From: Thermotogaceae bacterium
GTDB taxonomy: Bacteria > Thermotogota > Thermotogae > MWEM01
Length of the DNA: 64,000 bases
Reading direction: 5' to 3'
NCBI GenBank assembly: GCA_030445775.1
Contig: JASUTC010000001.1
Location: forward strand, 28,914-92,913
In this document: positions 18,610-28,309 of the stretch, one piece after another
Layout of the letters: every line of letters starts with the position of its first letter
Numbering within the stretch: position 1 is the stretch's first letter
Position numbers and translations under genes: made by a program
Notes under the pieces: generated by a model
What the model was told of the DNA's origin: nothing
What the model saw: the letters and a program-made list of their open reading frames with translations, nothing else
The model's database searches: none

Positions 18610-19509
18610 ATGAAAGTAATCAAAAAAGAAAACCAAACAGAATTTATCAGTGATCTTTTAGATTCCTGTGAAAATACCGTTTCTTTTGAAGTTTATCCGC
18701 CTAAGAAAGGACAAAAAAAGCAATTTGAAATTATCAAAAACACAATCAATCGTTTAAAGGACCTCCATCCTGATTTTATTAGCGTCACTTACGGTCCGGG
18801 TGGAACAAATAAGGGCAAAGCGGTGGATATTTCAGAATACATTAAACAACACGATGTCAAGCCATTGGCACACCTAACATCTGTGGGTTACACAAAGGAA
18901 GATATTCCACCCCTTTTAGAGAAATTGCATTCAATAGGAGTTAAAAACATATTAGCTTTAAGAGGTGATGTCCCTCAAAATGTAAACTTTCCTCACGGCG
19001 CTTGGTGTGACTTTCGATATGCCAAAGACTTGATCAGTATGATAAAAAAGGACGGTAGATTTTGTATAGGAGCTGCTGCCTATCCTGAGGGACATCCTGA
19101 TTGTAAAGAATTAAGAATTAGCATCAATCATATGAAAGAAAAAATCGAAGCCGGAGCAGATTTTTTTATTTCACAGATGTTTTTCGACAATCAAATCTAT
19201 TTTGACTTTCTTGACCGGGTTAGAGGTGCAGGCATCCATAAACCTATAATACCCGGTATTATGCCTGTTTTAAGGGCAAAGCAAATCAATAAAATTCTCA
19301 GTTTATCTGATGCCTATGTTCCTAAAAAACTGGCTGAGGCCATCAATCTTTACAGTGATAACCCACAATCCATGGAAGCTTACGGAATTGAGTATGCATT
19401 GAGACAAATTGACGGATTAAAGCGCCAGGGCATCCGAAGATTTCATATTTATTCAATGAATCGTTGGGAGCAAGTTACAAAAATTGTCAAATTGGCTCAG
19501 TTAAAATAG
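18610..19509 (+). CDS. metF: 5,10-methylenetetrahydrofolate reductase
   Basis: SFEVYPPK, SVTYG, AHLT, LALRGD, AAYPEGHP, SQMFFD. Confidence 0.95.
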   Translation: MKVIKKENQTEFISDLLDSCENTVSFEVYPPKKGQKKQFEIIKNTINRLKDLHPDFISVTYGPGGTNKGKAVDISEYIKQHDVKPLAHLTSVGYTKEDIPPLLEKLHSIGVKNILALRGDVPQNVNFPHGAWCDFRYAKDLISMIKKDGRFCIGAAAYPEGHPDCKELRISINHMKEKIEAGADFFISQMFFDNQIYFDFLDRVRGAGIHKPIIPGIMPVLRAKQINKILSLSDAYVPKKLAEAINLYSDNPQSMEAYGIEYALRQIDGLKRQGIRRFHIYSMNRWEQVTKIVKLAQLK

Positions 19510-19520
19510 GGGGAATTTCA

Positions 19521-21902
19521 ATGACGAGAATTGAATTTTTAAAACGATTGGAGGATGGTCCTTTATACTTGGATGGATCATACGGCACTCAGTTTTTCAA
19601 AGCCGGTTATACTGACATTCCCGGAGAAATGCTGAATTTAAAAGCTCCTGAAGTAGTATTTGAATTGCAAAAAAAATACATTCAAGCAGGTAGCAATATT
19701 TTACTTACCAATACTTTTAGTGCTAATCGTATTAAACTTGCCTCATTAAAAATTGAAGAATACATTGATGAAATTAATAAACAAGGGGTTTTATTGGCCA
19801 AAAAGGCAGCTGGTAACAAGGCTTTTGTTTTTGGTGATATTTCCTCGACCGGGGAATTTCCACAACCGGTTGGGGATTTATCTTCAAGAAAGATCTATGA
19901 TGCCTTTTACGAGCAAGCTAAAATATTGGATCAATTTGGTGTTGACGGATTTATTGTTGAAACGATATCTGACTTAAAGGAATTAAAATTGGCAATTCTT
20001 GCGATTCGTGAGATTAACAACGAAAAGCCTTTAATCGCTCAAATGACCTTTGAAAAATCCGATCACCACCTGCAATCTCCAAGAAGTGTTACAGGAACTC
20101 CCGTTGAAGTCTTTGGAAATCTTATGAATGATTTGGACGTAGATGTGGTAGGAATTAACTGTACTTTAGGTCCAAAGGAAATCTACTCTGTCTTCGAAAA
20201 ACTTTCGCAATACACCGAAAAACCACTGAGTGTTGAACCAAATGCCGGTGATCCTGATCTCGTTAATGGTCGCCTGATGTATCGTATGACCCCTGATGAA
20301 TTTAGTGTTTACGCTGCAGATATGGTTTTTCAAGGTGCTTCCGTCATTGGGGGTTGTTGCGGAACAGGCCCCGAGCACATTGAAGCATTAAAAATTCTTG
20401 TGGATAAAAATCCTGATTTCGTTTATCACGAAGGTAAAAATAGAGCACGAGGCACCTATCAATTGAAGGATTGCATCAGTTTTCTCTCATCAAGGACTCA
20501 ATTGATTCCAGTTGAACCCTTTGCCCCGATAGGAGAAAGAATTAATCCAGCTTCAAAGAAGAGGTTTCAAGATGAAATAGAAAATTATGATTTTAAACGG
20601 ATATTAGATTTGGCAAAAGAACAAGAACTGGAAGGGGCAAAATTATTAGATATTAATTTTGGCATAGAAAAAATTTTGTCTCCCAAGCACTTTAAACAAG
20701 TTGTTATTGAATTGGATAAAATTTCCTCACTTCCATTATCATTCGATATTCAAACAAATAAATATTTAGAAGAGGCGCTTTTTGAATACCCGGCAAGGCC
20801 TCTCATAAATTCTGCCAGGGTAACGGAAAAAAGTCTCAACCGCAAAGCATCACTTTTAAAAAGACATGGGGGCATGTTGATCCTCCTTGCCATGGGAAAA
20901 GGAATACCTGAAACAGCTGAAGGTCGTTTTCATCAGATCATGGAAGGTATCAAAGAACTTGAACACCTTTCCATTTCCAGATTGAGAATTCTGGCTGATC
21001 CTTTGGTACTTTCCCTTGGCGCCGATAATGATCCAGCAGTTACTCTAAAAACCGTTGAAATGCTTCACAAAGAGGGCATAAAAACAACGATGGGCTTATC
21101 GAATCTTAGTTTTGGAATGCCAGAGCGTAAAGCAATTAACGCGGCTTTTCTTGCACAATCAATTAACAGGGGACTTGATAGTGCCATAATGAACACAGGT
21201 GACAGACAACTATTCTCAATTATGAAAGGATCATTAAAATTAAGAGGGCAAGATTTGATAGAGCCGCAACAGGTCGATACAAAAAATCCATTTGTCCGTT
21301 CTCTTTTAAATGGCGAAATTGAAAACCTTCATCATTTAATTGATGAAGAACTGAAATCAAAAAGTCCCTTAGAAATAAGTCAGCAAGTATTGGCAAAAGC
21401 CATGAATGAAATTGGTGAATTATATGCTGAAAAAATAATTTATCTTCCCCATTTAATACTGGCAGCTGATACCTCAAAACCAATATTCGAGCGCTTGAAT
21501 GAACTTTCTGATACAGCCATTCAATTTGTAGGAAGGGTTGTTTTAGCAACTGTTGAAGGGGATGTACACGATATTGGTAAAAAGATAGTAGGAACTGTGT
21601 TATCCGGTGGGGGTTTTGAAGTAATAGACATTGGAAAAGATAAAATTTCTAAAGAAATATTGGATGCCGTGAAGACTTACCAACCGGATATAGTGGGTTT
21701 ATCTGCTATGATGACAACGACGGTGGGGAAGGTAAAAGAGGTATCTGATCTTTTAAAACAAGAGGGAATTGATGTAAAGATAATTTCCGGTGGCGCTTCT
21801 ATGAATAAACGACTGGCTAAAGAATTTGGTTGCCAAGGGTATTCTGATGATGCTTCAGGAGCTTTAAAACTATGTAGAGAATTATTGAAAATCGAATCAT
21901 AA
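19521..21902 (+). CDS. metH: Cobalamin-dependent methionine synthase (homocysteine-, folate- and B12-binding modules; no reactivation domain)
   Basis: TNTF, GINC and GGCCGT (Zn), IGERIN, GLSNLSFG, GDVHDIGK (DxHxxG). ATG at 19521 follows an AGGGGG RBS. Confidence 0.93.
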   Translation: MTRIEFLKRLEDGPLYLDGSYGTQFFKAGYTDIPGEMLNLKAPEVVFELQKKYIQAGSNILLTNTFSANRIKLASLKIEEYIDEINKQGVLLAKKAAGNKAFVFGDISSTGEFPQPVGDLSSRKIYDAFYEQAKILDQFGVDGFIVETISDLKELKLAILAIREINNEKPLIAQMTFEKSDHHLQSPRSVTGTPVEVFGNLMNDLDVDVVGINCTLGPKEIYSVFEKLSQYTEKPLSVEPNAGDPDLVNGRLMYRMTPDEFSVYAADMVFQGASVIGGCCGTGPEHIEALKILVDKNPDFVYHEGKNRARGTYQLKDCISFLSSRTQLIPVEPFAPIGERINPASKKRFQDEIENYDFKRILDLAKEQELEGAKLLDINFGIEKILSPKHFKQVVIELDKISSLPLSFDIQTNKYLEEALFEYPARPLINSARVTEKSLNRKASLLKRHGGMLILLAMGKGIPETAEGRFHQIMEGIKELEHLSISRLRILADPLVLSLGADNDPAVTLKTVEMLHKEGIKTTMGLSNLSFGMPERKAINAAFLAQSINRGLDSAIMNTGDRQLFSIMKGSLKLRGQDLIEPQQVDTKNPFVRSLLNGEIENLHHLIDEELKSKSPLEISQQVLAKAMNEIGELYAEKIIYLPHLILAADTSKPIFERLNELSDTAIQFVGRVVLATVEGDVHDIGKKIVGTVLSGGGFEVIDIGKDKISKEILDAVKTYQPDIVGLSAMMTTTVGKVKEVSDLLKQEGIDVKIISGGASMNKRLAKEFGCQGYSDDASGALKLCRELLKIES

Positions 21903-21940
21903 GTCGATAATATTGTAGAAACTCATGCGTTTCCTGATGA

Positions 21941-21949
21941 TGTTATAAT
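21941..21949 (+). promoter_or_regulatory. Extended -10 promoter element of the yaaR-holB-ricT operon
   Basis: TGTTATAAT about 75 nt upstream of 22024. Confidence 0.55.
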
Positions 21950-22023
21950 GATGAGGTGTGGAATAACAAAAAAATTATTTTGATTCTTGGTTATTCCGTA
22001 TAGATTGAATATGAGGCGATTTA

Positions 22024-22497
22024 ATGAGGGTCAATCCTCCAAATAGTTCTATCGACAAAGATAAAAAAGCTGAAAAAGCAAAGAAGAAAAGATTAAAAGG
22101 GTCCTCTTCAAAAACAGAAAACACAGATACTTGGTCAGGCTTTATTGATATGTTAGGAGAGGTAAAACTCGATCAGATTGAGGAGGAGGCAAAAAAATAT
22201 CTTCAATACGTATTAACTGCAGGAAATAGATTTTCCAGATCTCCTACACACAAGCATTTTCAAGGTTATCGTGATGCGTTAAAAAATTTTTTGCGGTTTA
22301 TAGAAAAAGGGCTTTATAAAGTAAAAGAAGATATGGGAATGGATGTTGATTATCCCAAATTGTACATGGTGGCAGAAAAAGTGGATGAGAAGATACACCA
22401 TCTTGCCGGTCTTTTGATGGAGAATGAAAAAAACACCATAAATTTTGCAGGGAAGGTTGAAGAGATTAACGGTCTCGTTTTAGATTTATACAGATGA
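22024..22497 (+). CDS. YaaR / DUF327 family protein
   Basis: C-terminal EEINGLVLDLY family pattern; canonical position before holB and yaaT. Confidence 0.8.
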   Translation: MRVNPPNSSIDKDKKAEKAKKKRLKGSSSKTENTDTWSGFIDMLGEVKLDQIEEEAKKYLQYVLTAGNRFSRSPTHKHFQGYRDALKNFLRFIEKGLYKVKEDMGMDVDYPKLYMVAEKVDEKIHHLAGLLMENEKNTINFAGKVEEINGLVLDLYR

Positions 22498-23630
22498 TAA
22501 ACTCAAAGATTATTGTAGATAGTGTAAAAGAAATATACAAACCGGAGTTAAAAAAGCTCTTTTCATTGGCTAATTCCAATCTGATCCCCGCAATTTGCTT
22601 AAGTGGAACCGATGAAAAACTATTAAGATTTATAATGGAGTTGTTTTTAATTGAATATGAGAAAAAGACTTATAATGAGATTTTTAACAGTAATGATTTC
22701 TATGAAATCGAAGTGAATTCCGAAATTATAAAAATTGATGACATCCGAAAACTGATTAAGTTTTCCACACTGAAAAAAGAAACCCTTAAGCATAAATATA
22801 CCGTTATCAAAAATATAGAAAAAGCCAATATATATGCACAAAATTCTCTTTTAAAGGTCATTGAAGAACCCGGAAATGATACGTTGTTTCTTTGCTCCAC
22901 TTGTTTTTATACCACTTTGTTAAACACGATAAGAAGCCGTTTGTTTCGGATTAATATTCCAAATAAACCTTTAAAGGATTTAGAACCGTATTTTTGTGAT
23001 GAAATCAGGTGGTTGGCGAATATTTCTTTTGATGTTTTACTTGAGTTTTCCCAATTAACAAAAGCGGAGCAAAAACAATTAATTGCCTCTCTCAGAAATA
23101 AAAGTTTAAATGAAATGACTGAGGATTTCATCAGAAGTTGTGGTGAATATGAATTGGAATTTGAAAACGGCATTTGTTTAAAAAACAAGGCATTGAAAAG
23201 ATTATACGCATTAATATTCTTTGAAAGATTGTTAAAGGATATCTTGTTTCACTCATCAGAAGAAGTCCAGCAGCTCTTGCTTTCTTTTAAATCAATTATC
23301 AATAAAAAAAGTCTGTATAAGGGGAGCAACGAAAATAATTCAACTACCGGTTTTAATAATGCCTTTTTCAAAGAGCTTTTCTCATTAACCGAAAAAATCC
23401 TATACATCATGCTGAACTTTCAAGAGGGGGCTTTATTAGGCTCTTTGAGTTATACCCAACTGACAACTCTTTGTCTAAAAAAAAACTTGGTGATGGAAAA
23501 AAATAAGATGCAAAGGTATATTGCTTTTTTAGAGAAAATTAAAAACTCTACACAAATATCGTTAAACAGTGAACTGCTGATGCTTAATTACCTCATATTG
23601 ACACAGAAAATATTTAAAGAAAGCGAGTGA
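22494..23630 (+). CDS. holB: DNA polymerase III delta-prime-like subunit (divergent)
   Basis: IKIDDIRKL, AQNSLLKVIEEP, LLNTIRSR; yaaR-holB-yaaT synteny. Confidence 0.8.
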   Translation: MINSKIIVDSVKEIYKPELKKLFSLANSNLIPAICLSGTDEKLLRFIMELFLIEYEKKTYNEIFNSNDFYEIEVNSEIIKIDDIRKLIKFSTLKKETLKHKYTVIKNIEKANIYAQNSLLKVIEEPGNDTLFLCSTCFYTTLLNTIRSRLFRINIPNKPLKDLEPYFCDEIRWLANISFDVLLEFSQLTKAEQKQLIASLRNKSLNEMTEDFIRSCGEYELEFENGICLKNKALKRLYALIFFERLLKDILFHSSEEVQQLLLSFKSIINKKSLYKGSNENNSTTGFNNAFFKELFSLTEKILYIMLNFQEGALLGSLSYTQLTTLCLKKNLVMEKNKMQRYIAFLEKIKNSTQISLNSELLMLNYLILTQKIFKESE

Positions 23631-23634
23631 AAAA

Positions 23635-24510
23635 ATGGGAATGATTGCAAAGATTTACGAGGTGGAATTCCTTGAATTTGGAAAAAAATATTATTTCTCT
23701 TATGAAGGGCAATTAGAAAGAGGAGCAAAGGTTTTAGGTATGAGTTTTTTTGGACTTGATGTGGGAAAAGTTATAAAAGGGCCTGAAGAAGTCGATATAG
23801 AAAAGATTAATTTCGAAGTCAAGCCTCTCCTAAGACCTTTAACAAAAGAAGATCTCGAAACGGAACAAAAAAACAAAATAGATTCGGACGAAGCTTTTGA
23901 TATCTGCCAAGATAAAATTCATACCCTCGAATTGCCCATGAAATTGTTAAAGGCTCAGTATATGTTTGATCGTTCTAAACTCCTTTTCTACTTTAGTGCA
24001 GAAGGGAGGGTTGATTTTAGAGAATTGGTAAAAGAACTAGCACATTGTTTTAAAACACGTATAGAACTTAGACAAGTTGGGGTGCGAGATGAATTAAAGT
24101 TTATCGGAAGCATCGGCATGTGTGGACAACCCGTTTGTTGCAGAAGATTCAAACGAGAATTCGATAAAATAACCCTTAGAGATGCAAAAAGGCAGCAAAT
24201 GATGATTAATCCTGCAAAGATATCCGGACAATGTAAACGCCTACTATGTTGTTTAAAATATGAATTAGATAACTATGAAGAGATATTGGCTGATATTCCA
24301 GACCCGGGAAGTGTTATTCAATACAACGAAGAGGTTTGTAAAGTCAATGGATGCAATATATTCAAGGAAATTGTTTCCGCTTCAACAGATGATGGTAACA
24401 AGCGAGAGATTCTCTTTGACTATTTTAGGGAAAGAAAGGATTCAATTATTTCAAAACCGATATCATCTGATGATGACCTCGAAGAATTGCCTGATGAAGA
24501 AGAGGAATGA
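23635..24510 (+). CDS. ricT: PSP1-domain protein YaaT/RicT
   Basis: RVDFRELVKEL, RIELRQVGVRDE, CGQPVCC, ISGQCKRLLCCL. Confidence 0.92.
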   Translation: MGMIAKIYEVEFLEFGKKYYFSYEGQLERGAKVLGMSFFGLDVGKVIKGPEEVDIEKINFEVKPLLRPLTKEDLETEQKNKIDSDEAFDICQDKIHTLELPMKLLKAQYMFDRSKLLFYFSAEGRVDFRELVKELAHCFKTRIELRQVGVRDELKFIGSIGMCGQPVCCRRFKREFDKITLRDAKRQQMMINPAKISGQCKRLLCCLKYELDNYEEILADIPDPGSVIQYNEEVCKVNGCNIFKEIVSASTDDGNKREILFDYFRERKDSIISKPISSDDDLEELPDEEEE

Positions 24511-24513
24511 TAG

Positions 24514-25128
24514 ATGCCTGAAATAAAAAACGATCATTATTATTCTAAATCACCTAAATCAAAATTAAACGTCAAACAAACAACCATTCAGTTGAAAAAT
24601 GGTCACATTTACAAATTTAAAAGCCCTTCGGGAGTTTTTGCATACGGGAAAGCAAACAGAGCTACAGAATGCTTTTTAAATAACGTTAAAATTACGGGAA
24701 AGGATTTACTGGATCTGGGGTGTGGGTATGGAACAGTGGGGATAGTCACATTAAAAGAAAATCCATTCATTCGGTTATTTATGAGCGATATTAACGAAAG
24801 GGCTGTCAGGTTTGCTAAAGAAAATGCTTTAAATTACAACCTTGAAGTTGAAATCAAATCTGGCCATTTATTTGAACCCTGGAAGGATTATATGTTTGAT
24901 ATGATTTTTTTTAACCCACCACTGGCAGCCGGAAAAGAGGTATGGATGGATGCAGTTAAATGTTCCTACAGTCATATTAGAGAAAACGGAACCATTCAAA
25001 TTGTGGCTTACCATAATAAGGGCGGTAAGAGAATCATGACGTATATGAAAGAAGTTTTTTCAAATGTAAAAACACTTGTTAAAAGTGGTGGCATAAGGGT
25101 CTATTTATCCGAAAGGCTAAAACAATGA
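24514..25128 (+). CDS. Class I SAM-dependent methyltransferase (MTS / RsmC-like, YbxB type)
   Basis: DHYYS N-terminus, SGVF, LDLGCGYG, NPP. Confidence 0.85.
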   Translation: MPEIKNDHYYSKSPKSKLNVKQTTIQLKNGHIYKFKSPSGVFAYGKANRATECFLNNVKITGKDLLDLGCGYGTVGIVTLKENPFIRLFMSDINERAVRFAKENALNYNLEVEIKSGHLFEPWKDYMFDMIFFNPPLAAGKEVWMDAVKCSYSHIRENGTIQIVAYHNKGGKRIMTYMKEVFSNVKTLVKSGGIRVYLSERLKQ

Positions 25129-26171
25129 AAAAAACGGTTGTCTTCTTTTACGTTTTATTGGGAATCATTATCTTGGGAACTTTGTCTTTCCTTCTTTTGG
25201 AAAGAGGTGAAAGGCTAAAAATAATCTATTCAATTCAAAATACAAATATCATTCACGACCTTGAAGACAATGGGAGCATTTACCAAGGGATTTTAAACAA
25301 CACACAGTTGCCAGCGGATCGTTTAGATTATGAGGTTAATTACTTTGAGACTTATACAGATTTTGAAAACCTATTAAGTAAGACAATAAAACCACGGGCA
25401 TCAAATGTAGTATTATGCGATTTTGACAAACAAGAGACCTATGAGACTTTTTTAAAGGAAAATAAGTATACTTCTCCGCTATATATCACATCTTATGTTG
25501 GTGATAAAATTACAAATAATCAGCAGAAGGATATACTTTATCTTTTTCCTTCTACAGAAATAATAGCCAATGCTATTAATCAACTGTTTGGCTTAAATGA
25601 CAATCACACAATTCTGTTAATCAACAATCAGGTAAATACACATAGAAATGCCATTTTTCAAGAAAAATTAAAGGGTCAAAAAACAATTGTAAAAGTTGTA
25701 GAAGAAAATGAATTTCAAGATTCCATCAACTCAATTGGTGATATTCTTTCAAAAGAAAATCCTGATTATATTTTAATTGACTTGAATGAAAAATCAACCA
25801 TCGCATTATTAGAAAAGATTGTTGGGTTTCCAAGGGATAAAATCATCTTAATGTTTGAAAATACAAGTCAACGGTTAGCATATTATGCCGGATCAAATTC
25901 TTACGGTGTAAACGGCATCGCTTTTAAAAATCCCGCAGAAATAATGGGGTTTGGTAACAAAACGAGTCTTTTAAAAATGGTAACTCAAACACTTGCTCAA
26001 TGTTTTGTGAAATACAAAAAAGCCGATATAAACTCCTTGAAACAATATTTGTATGAGAACCCAAACACACCGTTTCATCTAAAGGATCAGTCAATAAGTA
26101 CACCAATCTATAAAGTAACTTTTACGGAGCGAGGTTTGAGGGTTATAGATAAAATAGATACTTTGAAATGA
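25125..26171 (+). CDS. Membrane-anchored extracytoplasmic protein, possibly periplasmic-binding-protein-like
   Basis: N-terminal TM anchor then an alternating alpha/beta soluble region (e.g. NPDYILID); ATGA-coupled to both neighbours. Confidence 0.5.
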   Translation: MKKTVVFFYVLLGIIILGTLSFLLLERGERLKIIYSIQNTNIIHDLEDNGSIYQGILNNTQLPADRLDYEVNYFETYTDFENLLSKTIKPRASNVVLCDFDKQETYETFLKENKYTSPLYITSYVGDKITNNQQKDILYLFPSTEIIANAINQLFGLNDNHTILLINNQVNTHRNAIFQEKLKGQKTIVKVVEENEFQDSINSIGDILSKENPDYILIDLNEKSTIALLEKIVGFPRDKIILMFENTSQRLAYYAGSNSYGVNGIAFKNPAEIMGFGNKTSLLKMVTQTLAQCFVKYKKADINSLKQYLYENPNTPFHLKDQSISTPIYKVTFTERGLRVIDKIDTLK

Positions 26172-27964
26172 CGAGGGAGAAAATGAAAGACAAAAAAGAA
26201 TTTGTGAAAATAACGTATAATAATGTAAGAATCATTTGGATTTTAATTTATTTAGTTTATATGTTTTTCTACGGTTTTACGAGTTATGAAGCCATCAATC
26301 AAAAACTTGACGGTCGAACTACTTATCTTGTTAATCTTTTCAACACACTTTACAATCAAAACGCTATTCAAATGATTTCAAATCCCGAAAATTTTAAAAG
26401 GGTCTTGGTTTCAGATATTGAAGGTGAAGTGCTGCTTCAATATGGGGAACTCATTCCGGCATTAACAAACCTGGAATACAATGTTCTATTTAGTCAATTG
26501 CAAACTGATAAGATTGCGCTTTCAGAGTTTTATTATGATCCTGTCATTGACGAGATTTGTTTTGATATGGGGATTATTGAAAAAAACAGAGTATACATTG
26601 GAACCCTTTCTGCTGAAAAGTTTTTACGTGATAACCTTGAAAACTTAGAAATGGATCATTTTTTAATTTTTGATCCACATTTCAACGGATATATTTACAA
26701 AAACGGAAATATTGCATCTGTTAATTACTTTAATAAAGATCAAATTAGCTGGATAAATGAATCTCTTTTCTTATCCGATAAAACCCTTTATTTATGTCAT
26801 TGGGACAAGCTGAATAATTATCAATACATCACCTATATTCCTTTCATGAAAACCGTATTCCCATTATTTATTTATTCTGTTATTCCGTTTATCTTAGGTC
26901 TCCTGACAATATTTTGGATAGAAAATATGGAAAAAAGAAAAAGCGAACGGAACCGATATGAAATGGAAAGACAACTCTCTCTGATTATTAAAAACAACAA
27001 AGTTCCCAATATGCTACAAAAAAGCCATGATGACTTTAACAGTGATTTATTCAGAAAGCTGAATGATAAATTCGTCAATGCTGAAAAACAAAGAAAGGAT
27101 ATGAAAAGATATGTAGAGAGACTTTCTTTTAACTCTGAACAGTTATTGGAAGTAAAAAATGATTTGGAGTATCTGGAAAAATTCTTTTGTAATCTAATGG
27201 ATCAAGATGAATTTGATTTTTCAGAAGCAATAAAAATGCTTTTTAGAATCGTATTTGAAAAAACAGGATCCTTTAGCTCTTTAAAATTGAGGGTCAACAA
27301 TCAAACTATCTTTAATCAAGAAAGAGAAAATGATATAACTCAAACTGCTGGACCTGATGAAAGTGCCTTTAACAGCTTGGAATTGGGAAGACATACCATC
27401 AAGTATTATCTTGATTTAGATCCCATAAAAACAGGCGAATTTTCAAATATTCGAATGCGTTTGTTTGAAATTCTCTCCAGATATATTGCCTTGATCTATT
27501 CTGTAAAAAGAGGATTAAATCCGGCTGAATTAAGCTTAACTAAAAATTTTTCAATTTTCAGTGAAATGGTGAATCGAGAGATCGAAAAAGTCAAACGTTA
27601 TCATGAAAAGGGAATGTTGTTTTATTTAGATATACTCAATTATTCTCGGATCAAAGAAAAATATGGGATATCGGTTGCAAAGATTCTGTTAAAAAGAATC
27701 TCAGAGATTATTATATCAAAAGTCAGAACAAGTGATATCGTTGGTATATACAGAGAAGGTACATTTTTGGTCTACTTTTGCAATTTGGATATAAGTGACG
27801 CAAAGATAAAAATAGAAAAAATCTGTAATAACATCTACAATGATGAGAAAATTAAACAAATCGGAATCAATATAGAGCTTAAAAATTCAATCGTGTCAGT
27901 TGAAAAAGACATCCAAGATTTTGATGATTTACTCTTAAAATGTTTAAAATCAGACAAAAAATGA
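26168..27964 (+). CDS. Two-TM membrane protein with extracytoplasmic (Cache-like) domain and degenerate C-terminal GGDEF domain
   Basis: TM - sensor region (LSEFYYDP) - TM - coiled coil - GGDEF-fold region (LDILNYSRIKEKYG...RTSDIVGIYREGTF). Confidence 0.75.
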   Translation: MTREKMKDKKEFVKITYNNVRIIWILIYLVYMFFYGFTSYEAINQKLDGRTTYLVNLFNTLYNQNAIQMISNPENFKRVLVSDIEGEVLLQYGELIPALTNLEYNVLFSQLQTDKIALSEFYYDPVIDEICFDMGIIEKNRVYIGTLSAEKFLRDNLENLEMDHFLIFDPHFNGYIYKNGNIASVNYFNKDQISWINESLFLSDKTLYLCHWDKLNNYQYITYIPFMKTVFPLFIYSVIPFILGLLTIFWIENMEKRKSERNRYEMERQLSLIIKNNKVPNMLQKSHDDFNSDLFRKLNDKFVNAEKQRKDMKRYVERLSFNSEQLLEVKNDLEYLEKFFCNLMDQDEFDFSEAIKMLFRIVFEKTGSFSSLKLRVNNQTIFNQERENDITQTAGPDESAFNSLELGRHTIKYYLDLDPIKTGEFSNIRMRLFEILSRYIALIYSVKRGLNPAELSLTKNFSIFSEMVNREIEKVKRYHEKGMLFYLDILNYSRIKEKYGISVAKILLKRISEIIISKVRTSDIVGIYREGTFLVYFCNLDISDAKIKIEKICNNIYNDEKIKQIGINIELKNSIVSVEKDIQDFDDLLLKCLKSDKK

Positions 27965-27988
27965 TAAAGGAGCACGCTCCTTTATCAT
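27961..27988. terminator. Palindrome between convergent genes (probable bidirectional terminator)
   Basis: ATGATAAAGGAGC-AC-GCTCCTTTATCAT perfect 13-bp inverted repeat touching both stop codons. Confidence 0.7.
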
Positions 27989-28224
27989 TAAACATTCAGC
28001 ATACTATCTATTCTACCTCTGTTAAAGCCTACTATAACTTGATTACCAATTTCAATAACGGGTACACCCATTTGTCCTGTTTTTTTGACCATTTTTTCAG
28101 CCGCAGACTTGTCTTTGGAAACATCGTAATTTTTAAAGGGAATACCCAGTTCCTTAAAATATCTTTTTGCCGATGTACAATGAGGACAACTGGGAGTTGA
28201 GTAAATAACAATCTTTTTGTGCAT
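27988..28224 (-). CDS. Glutaredoxin-like protein (NrdH/YruB family)
   Basis: CPHC active site, GQMGVPV, VGF; GGAGGTG RBS before ATG 28224. Confidence 0.92.
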   Translation of the reverse strand: MHKKIVIYSTPSCPHCTSAKRYFKELGIPFKNYDVSKDKSAAEKMVKKTGQMGVPVIEIGNQVIVGFNRGRIDSMLNV

Positions 28225-28241
28225 AAAAAACACCTCCATAT

Positions 28242-28262
28242 TTATACCCCATTAGGGTATAA
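28242..28262. promoter_or_regulatory. CsoR/RcnR-family-like operator
   Basis: Perfect inverted repeat TTATACCC-CATTA-GGGTATAA between the divergent glutaredoxin and xseA genes. Confidence 0.6.
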
Positions 28263-28309
28263 TAAATGACGAAGTTTATTATAAAATATTTCAACATCAA
28301 GGAGAAAAA

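Noticed and set aside
21903..21910. GTCGATAA as a sigma28 -10 upstream of yaaR
   Set aside because: No matching -35 at the 11-nt spacing, and a good extended -10 sigma70 element lies at 21941.
21960..21997. Hairpin GGAATAAC...GTTATTCC in the yaaR leader
   Set aside because: No T tract or known motif; it may be a 5' stabilising stem, but nothing further can be supported.
22494..23630. holB lacking clear Walker A and zinc motifs as a pseudogene
   Set aside because: The ORF is intact and in conserved synteny, and delta-prime is a non-catalytic, fast-diverging subunit.
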